A stretch of DNA of 64,000 bases from Somniosus microcephalus (taxonomy: Eukaryota). How positions within the stretch are numbered: position 1 is the stretch's first letter; the number at the start of each line of letters is the position of its first letter. The position numbers were made by a program, and so were the translations under genes. The notes beneath the pieces were generated by a model. The model saw only the letters and a list, made by a program, of their open reading frames with translations. It did no database searches and was not told where the DNA came from. Shown one piece after another: positions 51,672 to 64,000 of the stretch. The DNA lies in NCBI GenBank assembly GCA_052327205.1, contig CM126230.1, positions 27,280,001-27,344,000 on the forward strand, in the 5' to 3' direction.

Positions 51672-52830
51672 TCAGCTTAGCTCAGTTGGTAGCACTCTCC
51701 CTTCTGAGCAAGAAGATGATGTATTCAAGCACACTCGAGGAACTGAGCACATAATCTCGGCTGACGTTTCAGTGCAATATTGATGGAATGCTGCATTGTG
51801 GAATCTTCCATCTCTCTGGTGAGACATTAAACCAAGGCCCCATCTAACTGTTTAGGTGGATATAAAAGATCCCATGATATTGTTCCAAACACCATCAGAA
51901 CAGATTATTATCTGAATGGCAATAGATTGGGAGAAGGGGAAGTGCAACGAGACCTGGGTGTCCTTGTGCACCAGTCGCTGAAGGTAAGCATGCAGGTGCA
52001 GCAGGCGGTTAAGAAGGCAAATGGTATGCTGGCCTTTGTAGCGAGAGGGTTTGAGTACAGGAACAAGGATGTCTTGCTGCAGTTGTACAGGGCCTTGGTG
52101 AGACCACACCTGGAGTATTGTGTGCAGTTTTGGTCGCCTTACCTGAGGAAGGATGTTCTTGCCATGGAAGGAGTTCAGCGAAGATTCACCAGGCTGATAC
52201 CTGGGATGGCAGGAATGACGTACGAGGAGAGATTGGGTCGATTGGGCTTATACTCGCTGGAGTTTAGAAGAATGAGAGGGGATCTCATTGAAACTTATAA
52301 AATTCTGACTGGACTGGACAGACTAGATGCAGGAAGGATGTTCCCGATAGTCGGGGAGTCCAGAACCAAGGGTCACAGTCTAAGGATAAGGGGTAAGCCA
52401 TTTAGGACTGAGATGAGGAGGAATTTCTTCACCCAGAGAGTGGTGAACCTGTGGAATTCTCTACCACAGAAGGCAGTAGAGGCCAATTCATTAAATATAT
52501 TCAAGAAGGAGTTGGATATATTTCTTAAGGCTAAAGGGATCAAGGGGTATGGGGAGAAAGCAGGGACAGGGTACTGAATTTGGATGATCAGCCATGATCG
52601 CATTGAATGGCGGAGCAGGCGCGATGGGCTGAATGGCCTACTCCTGCTCCTATCTTCTATGTTTCTATTTCTATTCGTTCTCAGTTACTGTTTGTCGGAC
52701 TCAGCGACGTGTAAATTGGCTGTCTTGTTTGCGTATAAAGCAACAGTAACTAACTTCAAAAGTAATTAATTGGCTGCAAAGTGCTTTGGGACTTCCTGAG
52801 ATCATGACAGGCACTAAAAAATCCAAGTCC
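51672..52830 (+). mobile_element. Deu-domain SINE interrupted by the CR1 at 51901-52672
   Basis: Head and core at 51672-51908. The remainder (aaattggctg...gtgctttgggacttcctgag) resumes after the LINE tail. Confidence 0.7.
51901..52672 (+). mobile_element. CR1-clade (HER1-like) LINE, 5'-truncated 3' end
   Basis: ORF 51927..52577 has RDLGV, LYRALVRPHLEYCVQFWSP, RRMRGDLIETYKI and FFTQRVVNLWNSLP. The 3' UTR GGGCTGAATGGCCTACTCCTGCTCCT is followed by a short-repeat tail. Confidence 0.95.
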
Positions 52831-53022
52831 TTTCTGTCTTTCTATATAGTAGTTGTATGCAAAATCATTTTATTGTGAATCCATTGGTCACAGAAACTAT
52901 TAATTAACTAGTCTAGTGCCGGATTCTACAACAGCTTAATCTGATAATGTAATAAATTTATATCTAATCAAATGACAAGATCTAAAAACCCAAATGGCCA
53001 GTTTGAATACAATAAATCCTTA

Positions 53023-53771
53023 GGGCTAGAAATTCATTATAGCCAAGAAATGGTTAGTGCTTAGACTAAAAATGGTTAAGTAACACCAGTTGAAAATCGT
53101 CTAGGCTGCACACAAAATTCGTCCTCACTCCTCATTAAAATGATTGCAGTCGTGATTCTAGTCTAAAAGCTCAAGCTCATTGGCGGTACACTGAAAAGAT
53201 GGACCAATACCAGGGGCAGTCTAAACGTATGTAATGATTGCCACAGGCTTTTTTCACTACTTAAAGGGGGGTTCATTGATGCTGCAGTGCATCATTCTCA
53301 GCATTGTTGGGTGTGTAACTGCCTCAACAACCATAAGGAGGACAAGGAGAAGGAGCACTTATTTACAAATCCTGATGGCAGATCTCCGCCCCAGGGAGCG
53401 AGCCCGGAGGTTTTCCAAGGAAGCTTTGGAAGCATTGGTTTTAGCGGTGGAGAGAAGGCAGGCGGTCCTGTACCCCTCAATTGGCAGGAGGCCCTCGCCA
53501 CAAGTCTGCCAGACTATGTAGAGGGAGGTGGCACACCACGTCAACGGCAGCACTGTGCTCCCCAATACCCACACACAGTGCAGGAGGAAGTTTAACGAGC
53601 TCACATGGGTGTTCAGGGTGAGTGAAGGCTTCAACAAATGCTACATACCACCATCTGTGCCACAAGCTTCACACACTGCTCAATGCACCACACCCCCAGC
53701 ACACCCACCAACACTCACACCCACATCTCACACCTTGCACACAATGACAGCTATTCAACTATGGCAGGTAC
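53023..53771 (+). mobile_element. Second, 3'-truncated Harbinger copy: left TIR, Myb/SANT exon 1 and part of the intron
   Basis: Starts TTA|GGGCTAGAAATTC. Exon 53375-53617 reads MADLRPRERARRFSKEALEALVLAVERRQAVLYP...TM*REVAHHVN...QCRRKFNELTWVFR and is followed by gtgagt. TAG replaces the conserved W. The intron matches 6650-6800 and 7876-7905. Confidence 0.85.
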
Positions 53772-53819
53772 AAGGGTCATTAGTTATTAGAATTTATGTG
53801 ATATATTAAGAATATACCC

Positions 53820-53980
53820 AAAGATTCACAACCCTCAGTGAAGAAATTCCTCCTCATCTCAGTTTTAAATGGACGACCCCTAATCATGAGACTATTCCTC
53901 CTAGTTCTAGACTCTCCAGCCAGGGGAAACAACCTCTCAGCATCTACCCTGTCAATCCCCCTCAGAATCTTATGTTTCCA
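53820..53980 (-). mobile_element. CR1 LINE internal fragment
   Basis: ORF 53780..54031 reads KILRGIDRVDAERLFPLAGESRTR...FKTEMRRNFFT. Confidence 0.85.
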
Positions 53981-53984
53981 TGAG

Positions 53985-54290
53985 ATGTCCTTGGGACGTT
54001 TTACTACATTAAAGGCGCTATATAAATGCAAGTTGTTGTTGTTCAGACTGAGATAGTGGTTGGGGAGGGGTTGGAATTGGTGAAGGCAGACAATTGGTAG
54101 CGGGGCCCTAAGATGGTGGTTTTGGTCTTCCCAGCGTTTAACTGGAGGAAATTATTGTTCTTCCAGGACTGGGGGCCAGACAAGCAGTCTGACAACACAG
54201 ACGTGGTGGAGGGATCAAGGTAGGTGGTGGAGAGGTGGAGCTGGGTGCCATCAGTGTGCATGTAGAACTGACCTGCAGAGCCAGGAGCAG
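53985..54290 (-). mobile_element. L2 LINE RT fragment next to a + strand L2/SINE-type tail
   Basis: ORF 54043..54261 reads HTDGTQLHLS...NNFLQLNAGKT, resembling YADDTQLYLS...FLQLNxxKT. Confidence 0.6.
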
Positions 54291-54641
54291 CAGCAGAAGC
54301 ATCCTAGCGAGTGGAAGTGGCACCTGGAGAGGAACAGCCAGTAACGGGGTGAGTGGAACCTGGGGACCTTACTGTGGGTAAACAGTGAAAGATTGTTTCC
54401 ACTGATGGGCACATAGGCAACAAGGGGACAGAGACTGAGAATTCTCACTGCACTCGGGGAGCATCATAAGCTCCAGTACACGGAGATTCAGGAGGGCAGT
54501 GTCTGGCCGGCAGCAGAACATAGTAGTTTGTGGGGAATTGGGAAGTGCACTCTGCTCCTCCACAGATGGGAAGTAAAAAAAAAACGTTCCCTACCATTTC
54601 TTTAGCAGCCTCAAGGGGTCCCATTTAGGCCACTGTAAGCT

Positions 54642-55405
54642 GTAAGAACATAAGAAATAGGAGCAGGAGTAGGCCAATCGGCCCCTCGAGCCTGCTCCGC
54701 CATTCAATAAGATCATGGCTGATCTGATCCTAACCGCCAATCCACTATCACAGAACCATCTCCTGAATCTAACAGAATTAGACACACGAAATAGGAGCAG
54801 GACCAGGCTACACGGCCCCTGGGCCCGCTCTGCTACCCACAGGGCCATGACCGATCCGAACCTAAACTCATGTCCAAATTCCTGCCCGCTCCTCGTAACC
54901 CTTAGTTCCCTTTACTTCTAGGAAACTGTCTATTTCTGTTTTCAATTTATGTAATGATGTAGCTTCGACAGCTTTTTGGGGCAGCATATTCCATGGACCT
55001 ACCACCCTCTGAATGAAGTAGTTCCTCCTCATCTCAGTTTTGAAAGAGCAGCCCCTTATTCTAAGACTATGCCCCCTAGTTCTAGTTTCACCCATCATCG
55101 GGAACATCCTCCCCGCATCCACCCGATCCAACCCCTTCACAATCTTATATGTTTCAATAAGATCGCCTCTCATTCTTCTGAACTCCAATGAGTAGAGTCC
55201 CAATCTACTCAACCTCTCCTCATATGTCCATCCCCTCATCCCCGGGATTAACCGAGTGAACCTTCTTTGTACTGACTCGAGAGCAAGTATGTCCTTTCTT
55301 AAGTATGGACACCAAAACTGTACGCAGTATTCCAGGTGCGGTCTCACCAATACCTTGTACAACTGAAGCAATACCTCCCTATTTTTATATTCTATCCCCC
55401 TAGAA
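54642..55405 (-). mobile_element. CR1-clade LINE 3' end with two tandem 3' tail motifs
   Basis: ORF 54868..55446 is a CR1 ORF2 C-terminus. GAAATAGGAGCAGGA tail motifs occur at ~54652 and ~54788. Confidence 0.92.
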
Positions 55406-57689
55406 CTGGAAAAACTAGTTAGAGCTTGCACGGCAACATGCTCCACCTAGCTTTTCCACGCATTTTGCAGAAGGATCCTAAAATAGTTGCAGGACCCTTC
55501 TTTGCACATTTAAATTGAACCAACGCTGATTTCAGGCAGCTGCCAGGGATGCCTGAAAACAGTGATGATTAATATGGCACTAGCGCAGATTAGGTGCAAG
55601 CCCTCGCACCCAGAAACCGAACCCGTTCTACACCCAAAAAACGAACAGAACACGTACGTACCACCTTCTACCCCAGTGTGTCCAAATAACTTTTGTTGAT
55701 TGTGGCCAACGCCAAGTGCCAGGATGTCAGATCATATCCACCATGTAAACTGAGTTTGACACCCCTGGACTAGACAATTACTATTTACTGAAATAAGAAT
55801 CATAACTTAAGAATGCTTACTTGTATTGTTTGATTGACTAAAATGCACTTCAGAATGCAATTTTGAAGAGATATTGCAACCCTCATGAAGCCAAGTTACA
55901 GACACGATGACAAACACATAAACTGACAAGCAAACAGTACTTAGAAATAACATTGTTCAACCTCGCTCCCCCCCACCCCACTCTTCTCAGTATTTCTCCA
56001 GTCACTTTAGAGAATTTCATGAATGGTTTAATACCTAGTTGATCATTTTTTTTTTACTGACTTTTTCTTAACAGAAAGCTTGGCAGCTTCCTGCATTTGA
56101 GGCTCAGATAATAACAGCACATCTAAATCGATGACAAAAGCTTGCAATGTTCGCACCAGCTTGACATTTTCCCTACAGCAGTATTCATGAATTAATAAAC
56201 CTAATCTTGTATGATCCTAAACCTATGGGCATACAGAGCAATGAACAATGACCAACAACAATGACCTATGATAAGCTGTACCTTTTTGCTATGTAAGCTT
56301 TGGCAATATGGTTCTCTGTAAACTTTCATGCCAATAAAGCATTTGAACTGAACTGAACTGATAAGCTAGAAGTCACATTTTACACATATTGTACTGAGGG
56401 AAAAAAAGCATTTTCCTCAAGTCACCACCCCGGCAATTTATTGCAGGAAATTGCTTTTAACCTCTTCAGTGTTTCATGTACTGCAGACAAATGTTTATCA
56501 CCCAATGATACAAAAGATCAAAAGCTTCCTGTCTGTAATCAACTGGTAAACAAATAAGGGCCACCTTTGGAAAAAGCAAGGCTGAGTAAAAAAAAGCTAA
56601 AATGTTCTAATTCATTTTCATTTTAAAGCTGAAGTGCACATGCAGTTAATGCACCAAACATAACTTATTTTTGATGTTTGATTTTTTAACCTCTTTTCCC
56701 ACCCCGTCCCGAAAAGAACATTACACTGTAAAATGTTAATATCTGCCTATATGGGTGGAGATTGAGAAAATATTTCAACTAGCAGTCAATCAAAAAATAA
56801 ACAATAAAAAGGACATCAATTTTCAAAAACTTGGCACTATTCCATTTCAAACCCCCCAATAGGTTGACATTGGATGATTCTTGTGCCCTATCGAAGAGCA
56901 GCAGCACAAGGCACAGAAACATCAAAGCATGGGGTCACAGAATGGGAAGCTGCCTTTCGGAGAGTGCACTCTGCTGAATTATGGCGAGGTGCCCTGCACA
57001 GGTCAAGTACTTCCTATGGGGAAGGCAATAACTGATTTAAGCTGTAAACTAAATGGATGCAACAGGCACCAATTAGGAAACAGCCACTTTCAAAGCTTGG
57101 TTCCTATGTGGCAATCGATAAAAGACCATCACGTCTGTATCAGAATTTTCAATACAAAGTTGGTTGGTAACTTTAGATTTGATTAATACTACAACTGCCA
57201 AAAGCTTCACCAACACAAATCAGCGACAAAACACTGAACTATTAATACTTTGTATTGTGCATAAAGTCCTATCAAGGTAATCAAAATTATTAAAGGCACT
57301 TAAAAAAAACTACACATTACACAGCTTTCTAATCAGTCTCTGGTTACTTTCTAGTAACTTTAAAAACATATTTAAATTTTTGCAAAAACAAAACGATGCT
57401 GTACAGCTGTGAAAACCTGGAAACAGCTACTGGCAAGGTGAATACATTTCTTAAACCAGACGACAGTTAAGACTGAATGATTTACAAAAAGACCGATTGA
57501 TTAAACCTAATTACAAAGTACATGTGGAATTATGGCACACCGACTTTGAGTGACTCCAGTTTGCTTTTTGTTTCATACATATTAGTAAATAAATCTCTGC
57601 TCATAACTGAACAGAGCAGCTTAGTTTCATTAACAAATCTACAGGCATAGGGAAAACTCAGCGATCCGTCAATATCAGCAGCATAAAGA

Positions 57690-57975
57690 GACGGAATCAG
57701 ACAAAGGTGCAAAAAGGAGCCAAAGGAAGAGATATTAGGAGGGGGTGACCAAAAACTTTGTCAAAGACATGGGTTTTAAAGAGGGTCTTTAAGGAAGAAA
57801 GGGCGTTGGAGAGGCAGAGGGGTTTAAAGAAGGGAATTCCAGTGTAGCTGAGTGTGTTCTGGCAAGTTATAGAGCTGGAGGACAGTACAGAGATAGAGGG
57901 GTGCAAGGCCATGAAGGGGTTTAAACACGAGGCAGAGAATTTTAAACTGAAGCCATTGGGATACTGGGGGCCAAA
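57690..57975 (-). mobile_element. L2 LINE 3' fragment
   Basis: Minus-strand ORFs read QWLQFKILCLVFKPLHGLAPLYL and SSLKTLFKTHVFDKVF. Confidence 0.7.
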
Positions 57976-58104
57976 GAATGGTGTTGAACCACATACAGTA
58001 CTTCCCCCAAAAATATCCTGTTTTTTTTAAACAAACAGAAGCTTTTCTTTTACTGTCCATGTCTCCAGCCGTTCACTAAAACCAGATTCTTCTGTTCGGT
58101 TATC

Positions 58105-58448
58105 ACAGAAACCCCACAGTGCAGATAGAGGCCATTTCGGCCCATCGAGCCTGCACCGACACATATCCCACCCGATCCCCGTAACCCCTACACCAACACA
58201 TGTCCCACCCTATCCCCGTAACCCCACGTATTTAATCCCCCTAACACTAAGGGTCAATTTATCATAGCCAATCAACCTAACCCCCAATCAACCTAACCCG
58301 CACATCTTTGGACTGTGGGAGGAAACCGGAGCACCCGGAGAAAACCCACGCAAACACGGGGAGAATGTGCAAACTCCACACAGACAGTCGCCCGAGGCCG
58401 GATTCGAACCCGGGTCTCTGGCGCTGTGAGGCAACAGTGCTAACCACC
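58105..58448 (-). mobile_element. tRNA-derived V-SINE (HE1-like)
   Basis: The minus strand reads GTGGTTAGCACTGTTGCCTCACAGCGCCAGAGACCCGGGTTCGAATCC (A/B boxes), then V-domain TGTGTGGAGTTTGCACATTCTCCCCGTG...TTTCCTCCCACAGTCCAAAGA, then a CR1-like tail. Confidence 0.88.
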
Positions 58449-59644
58449 TCAAATGACTGGCAACAAATGGAATTCCTCAATGTTTTTTATGCTAACACTA
58501 GAAGTATTAGAAATAAAATGCTGGAATTATAGGCATGTGTTTCCATTAAGAATTTACTAGGTATTTCTGAAATCTGGTTGCATTAGTGATGGGTCAGACA
58601 TGCAGTTGAAAGGTTATATGGTATTCCATAAAGATAGGTTGGGTCACAGAGGCAGGGATGTAGCTTTATTTGTAAAAGAGGATACCAGTGCAATTGAAAG
58701 GGATGAGATTGATCAACAAAAGTGAATTGAAATGCTTTTGATGCAACTAGAGTATGTGCTTGGTCCAAGGCTGATCCTTGGCACGTGTTATAGACAATGG
58801 AAGAGCAACAAATTTTAACACACTAGAAGAGCAGCCGAACACTGTAGCTATGCTTTTAAGTGGTCTGATATGGAGCAGCCAAGTGCAGCGGGAAGAGTAA
58901 ATTATTTGTTGACAACGATGATACTAAATCTTAGAGTTCTTAGTTTTAAGAATAGGCTCCAAGAGTTAGGTTTATTCACAGGCTTAAAGTTCTTAAATTG
59001 ATGAGCAAGGATTAGGTACACCCTGATTAGATAGATTATTTGAAACAGAATGATGAGACTCAAGGTCATGCCTATAACATCAGCAGGCAAATCTAAGTCA
59101 GATGCCAAGAGAATTGCCCTTTGGAACAAACTGCCAAATTATGCAGTGAGCGTGTGTTGTTACAGTCCAAACTGACAATGACAATTTAAGAGAGTATTTT
59201 CAGTTTTAGAGGCTAATTTGTTAGTTAGTTGTGATTATCATGAGTCATGGGAAACCACAGTCTCCTGGAGCTTGCTTGACTGCCTTAGCGAGTTGGAGAA
59301 GAACTTCCCAGGGATTTTCCTGAATTGACAATGTACTTTCCCGCTCAGAAGATAGTGCTGCAAGGGGGTAGGGGAACAGTGTGCACAGTTGACTGAATGG
59401 AGTTGGTTTGATGGTCTTTTATCATTCTTCTTTTCATATGTTCAAGATTGATAACATTGAAAAAAAGGGCAATTTGATTACCCACTTTTCTGCAGCTTCC
59501 CTATTCCGCATTGAATCTTAGTGACTGAATAGAACAACTTTGGTGTTACATTGAATTATGCAGCAATTACAACACGGAAACAGGCTGTTCGACCCAAACT
59601 TTCCATGTTGGTGTTTATATTTCACATGAGCAACAGTCCTAATC

Positions 59645-59810
59645 AACAAAGGTTACAGAGATAGGCCATGGAGGGATTTGAAAAGGATGAGAATGTTAAA
59701 ATCGAGGCATTGCCGGACCAGGAGTTACTGTAGGTCAGCGATGGGGTGATGGGTGAATGGGACTTGGTGCAAGTTAGGATACGGGCAGCAGAGTTCTGGA
59801 TGAGCTCAAG
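59645..59810 (-). mobile_element. L2 LINE fragment
   Basis: ORF 59643..59900 has LELIQNSAARILTCTKSHSPITP. Confidence 0.75.
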
Positions 59811-60536
59811 TACTGACATACTCACTAAATTGCAGGCGGCATCTCTCAGCATACATTTGTGCCGACAACATGCAGATTTATTTGTATTGATTGACAGCAA
59901 GGCTGGTCATTACAGAGCATGCCAGACTTGTGGTTTATAAACCCCTTCTTCACCCTTGTGTACAGGCATGGCACCTAAACTGTAGTGAACCATAAAGTAC
60001 ATATCTGGTTAAGTGGGGGGGGGGGGGGTTCAAATGCAAATTGATCAAGCCAAACTATTCACTACGGCGAAGAGTTCAAATTGCAAGGGAGTAATAAGAG
60101 TTATGAAGTAATCTACCAAATACACCATTGATGGTGTAAATCAGTTATTGACAATTGCACAAGTTTCCAGAGATTGTGGAATATGCGAGAACAAGAATTG
60201 GTGGGATTAATATACGAGTGTGTTTTGGTCGAATATGCTTTTCCAGTTCCTAAAATTTATTAGGTTTCTTGTGGTAAAAATGAGCAATTCAGCATTTTAA
60301 TTGACAGCTCGTGTGCCTTGGTTTTCTCTACAAGAACTTCTGCAGTTCCCAATTTGAGCAACTTGTATTGATAAGAGTTTCTTGGCATTTAAACCCAAGG
60401 CACTTGCAATTCTACCTGAAAAATATGAAAATAGGCTTCCCTCAAGTAAATGATTCACAGTTACTTCAGCCGCACTATATAGTAACAAGGGAAGTGATAT
60501 TCAATATTAGGGCCAAGTCCACAATAGATTCAAATC

Positions 60537-62056
60537 ATAAAAACATAGAAGATAGGAGCAGGAGTAGGCCATTCGGCCCCACGAGCCTGCTCCGCCATTT
60601 AATGAGATCATGGCTGATCATCCAAATTCAGTACCCTGTCCCTGCTTTCTCCCCATATCCCTTGATCCCTTTAGCCTTAAATATATCTACCTCCTTCTTG
60701 AATATATTTAATGAATTGGCCTCAACTGCCTTCTGTGCTAGAGAATTCCACAGGTTCACCACTCTCTGGGTGAAGAAATTCCTCCTCATCTCTGTCCTAA
60801 ATGGCTTACCCCTTATCCTTAGACTGTGACCCCTGGTTCTGGACTCCCCCGCCATCGGGAACATCCTTCCTGCATCTAGTCCTGTTAGAATTTTATAAGT
60901 TTCAATGAGATCCCCTCTCATTCTTCTAAACTCCAGCGAATATAAGCCTAATCGACCCAATCTCTCCCCATACGTCATTCCTGCCATCCCAGGTATCAGT
61001 CTGGTGAATCTTCACTGTACTCTCTCCGTGGCAAGAACATCCTTCCTCAGATAAGGTGACCAAAACTGCACACAATATTCAAGGTGTGGTCTCACCAAGG
61101 CCCTGCACAACTGCAGCAAGACATCCTTGCTCCTGTACTCGAGTCCTCTCGCTATGAAGGCCAACATACCATTTGCCTTCTTAACCGCCTGCTGCACCTG
61201 CATGCTTACTTTCAGCGACTGGTGCACAAGGACACCCAGGTCTCGTTGCACTTCCCCTTTTCCCAATCTATTGCCGTTCAGATAATAATCTGCCTTCCTG
61301 TTTTTGCCACCAAAGTGGATAACCTCGCATTTATCCACATTATACAGCATTTGCCATGCATCTGCCCAATCACCCAACCTGTCCAAATCATCCTGGAGTT
61401 TCTCTGCATCCTCCTCACAGCACACACGCCCACCCAGCTTTGTGTCGTCTGCAAACTTGGAGATATTACATCTAGTTCCCTCGTCTAGGTTATTTATATA
61501 TATTGTGAATAGCTGGGGTCCTAGCACCGATCCCTGTGATACCCCCACTAGTCACTGCCTGCCACTCGGAAAAAGACCCGTTTATTCCAACTCTTTGCTT
61601 CCTGTCTGCCAACCAGTTCTCTATCCAAGACAGTACCTTACCCCTAATCCCGTGTGCTTTAACTTTGCATGCTAATCGCTTATGTGGGGCCTTATCGAAA
61701 GCCTTCTGAAAGTCCAAATACACCACATCCACTGGTTTTCCCTTATCTATTTTACCAGTTACATCCTCAAAAAATTCCAGTAGATTAGTCAAGCGCGATT
61801 TACCTTTTGTAAATCCATGCTGACTTTGTCCAATCCTGTCACTGTTTTCCAAGTGCTCTGCTATTACATCTTTCATAATGGACTCTAGCATTTCCCCACT
61901 ACCGATGTCAGGCTCACCGGTCTGTAATTCCCCGTTTTTCTCTCTACCACCTTTTTTAATTAGCTATCCTCCAATCCATGGGAACTGTTCCAGAGTCTAT
62001 AGAATTTTGGATGATGACCAGAAATGTATCTACTATTTCTAGGGCCACTTCCTTAA
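60537..62056 (-). mobile_element. CR1-clade LINE fragment with the RT domain, frameshifted
   Basis: ORFs 61490..61891, 61012..61548 and 60628..60987 have QHGF, YLDFQKAFDK, QGSVLGP, KFADDTKL and RPHLEYCVQFWSP. The 3' tail is at ~60540. Confidence 0.95.
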
Positions 62057-62885
62057 TCATGCAAATAAGCTGCCATAATAACAAAATAGAAAAAAAGCAT
62101 TTGATCCTGAGCCTCAGGCACTTAACTATAACCTGAAAACTTTAAAGTGCATCTGACTTATTAGGTCTCCTTCTAGCAGGGGTGTCCTAACTGAGCCAAT
62201 GGCCCATTGGCCTCAGCCACCTGTGCCGTGAACATTTGGCAACCTGTATTTCTAATTCACTGTACTTTTTGTTCTGTTTGAATTTTGAGGGCATGATGGT
62301 TTGGAAATTGTTGTTCTTCGTGCTATTGCCTCTGGTAGCTAAATCCCAAATCAGAACACCAAGATCTGTTAATTAATATCAGTAACTGGAGATGTATATA
62401 CATAAATAAGAAGGTGGGTTTACTTTATAGCTTCAAGGCTCTACGGTACACAACTATGCCACCCAAAGATAATAAGCTTCGACATGCCTGTCAGAAGCTA
62501 ATATCTGAAGATTCTGGATAAACACCCCAAAAATACAGAATGTTGGTAACATTGACATTCAGTAACCCGTTTTGAGTGTTCCTTGTTCAAAGTGCAATGG
62601 CAGGGGGACAGAAAACAGACTTTATTCATGACCACACGCACATGCCAAATCACATGGGATTTCCATGTAGGATTGGCAAGTGACTGAAGGTTCCATGATT
62701 CCTCGCAGGAAATAAATAAAAGACCAAGTCACCTTCGATCCCACTTTCACAACTTTCGAGCTGGATTAGGGTTAGCATTCCCTGCCTGCCATTTTTAGTG
62801 GGGCGGGGAAAGGATTCTGTAAGGAAATGTACATCCAACATTTACTTGTTTTTCCTCTGATTCCAAACCACATACAAAACAATTA

Positions 62886-63145
62886 CATGGCAGCTGTCTC
62901 TCGTTCTGCCAGAACATTTTACACCTAATCTGAGCCGTCTTTTGTCTCCACTGTCCTATTACCATCTCGTCTGGTTTTGAATACCTCTTAATGTCTCTTT
63001 ACTTCTTTTGTTCTATCGCAGCCCTGCCTTTCGATCTATTTCATTTCCTTTCCAGTTTTGAAAAAGGGGTTAGACCCAAAACGTCGACTCTAATTTCTCT
63101 CCACGGATGTTGCCTGGCCTGCTGAGTTTTTCCAGCATTTTCTGT
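62886..63145 (+). mobile_element. Older Penelope-like terminal fragment with a degenerate hammerhead core
   Basis: Shares atggcagctgtc..., tttctctccacggatg and cctgctgagtttttccagcattttctg with the other two copies. Confidence 0.7.
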
Positions 63146-63241
63146 TACCATTGAGAAGTGTTGCAGAAGTCTGTATTTTCCATGCAACAAGTTTCTAAAA
63201 CAAATAACCATAACAAAAGGAATGAGCGCAAGGGGGATTAT

Positions 63242-63420
63242 GGGCCAGATTTTGCTGTAGAAATAACGGTGAGGCAAACAGCATTCACCGCTATTAAAGT
63301 GTAAATTGGACAATAACCTCCGGTGACTGCACATGCGCAGTTAAACGTGGAAATCAAAAGCCGCGCTAAGACACTCAGCATGGAAATACATTGAAAAGCG
63401 TGAAGTTGCTGTACTTACGT
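63242..63420. mobile_element. Left arm of a Harbinger-type MITE
   Basis: Starts GGGCCAGATTTT, like the other Harbinger termini here. CpG-retaining, with a GCACATGCGCA motif. No right end found. Confidence 0.4.
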
Positions 63421-64000
63421 GATATGATGCCTCTCTCAGTCAAACAGATGGCTGAGATCGACTGTCAAGGCTCATACACGAGTAATGGCCACTTGGTTGC
63501 ACTATGGAAAGTGGCTGGCACCCATGTGAGCATATCTCAGCAAGGAATCAATGCCTTTATGAGCGAATGAAGGGGATAAAATGGAGGGGAAAAAATCATT
63601 CTCAACTGAATCTGCAATAGCACAAATGGGTCATTGTGCATAAGACAACCTATGCATGATGTGCGTATTCCCTAGTTAATGGTGCTGTCAAGGATCTCGC
63701 AAGTGCAGCTACAATTCAACACTACTAACGTATTATTGCTGCCATATAGGAGTAAATAACTCCAAGTGTATTTGATTCCATCCCACCAATACCTCACTTG
63801 ACATCCATTTATCTTCAAGATTATCACATAACTACCAGTTTTAAGACTAAATCAATGTTTCTCACTCCACTGAACAACCCAATCAATAGCAACAAGGACA
63901 TGCTGCTGTCAAAAGCAAACTGCTGTTCATGCCGGTAATCCCCTCTAGGCCCTGGTACTGTCGAACCAAGCTGGATGGAAACCACCTGCTGGGTAAAATG

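Noticed and set aside
58395-58448. tRNA-like A/B boxes
   Set aside because: They run directly into a V-SINE body and no full cloverleaf can be formed, so this is a SINE head.

Overview
This is vertebrate genomic DNA, most likely from a cartilaginous fish (shark-type CR1/HER1 LINEs, HE1/V-SINE, Deu-domain SINEs and Penelope tails). It is not prokaryotic. The whole window lies inside a minus-strand KAT6B (MORF/MYST4) histone acetyltransferase gene. Six coding exons were located by translation and GT-AG boundaries (44566-44674, 36589-36704, 33502-33583, 27595-27727, 21436-22328, 20570-20691). They cover the double PHD finger and the linker before the MYST domain. The N-terminal and MYST exons were not found and appear to lie outside the window. 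The introns are rich in transposons. These include a decayed two-gene PIF/Harbinger element (~6121-11147) holding a nested MITE and a Penelope fragment whose insertion order can be read from the TSDs, a second truncated Harbinger, Penelope termini with minimal hammerhead ribozyme motifs, two families of TA-targeting pogo/Tigger-like MITEs, CR1 and L2 LINE fragments, several SINEs, and a 33-bp minisatellite inserted into an old SINE. I found no convincing wholly new gene system. The best leads are the in-frame alternative donors that would set the copy number of a repeated GLxDGL motif in KAT6B, the hammerhead motifs, the three-layer nested insertion and the apparently mobile minisatellite. Repeat family names come from recalled consensus sequences and need Dfam/Repbase confirmation.
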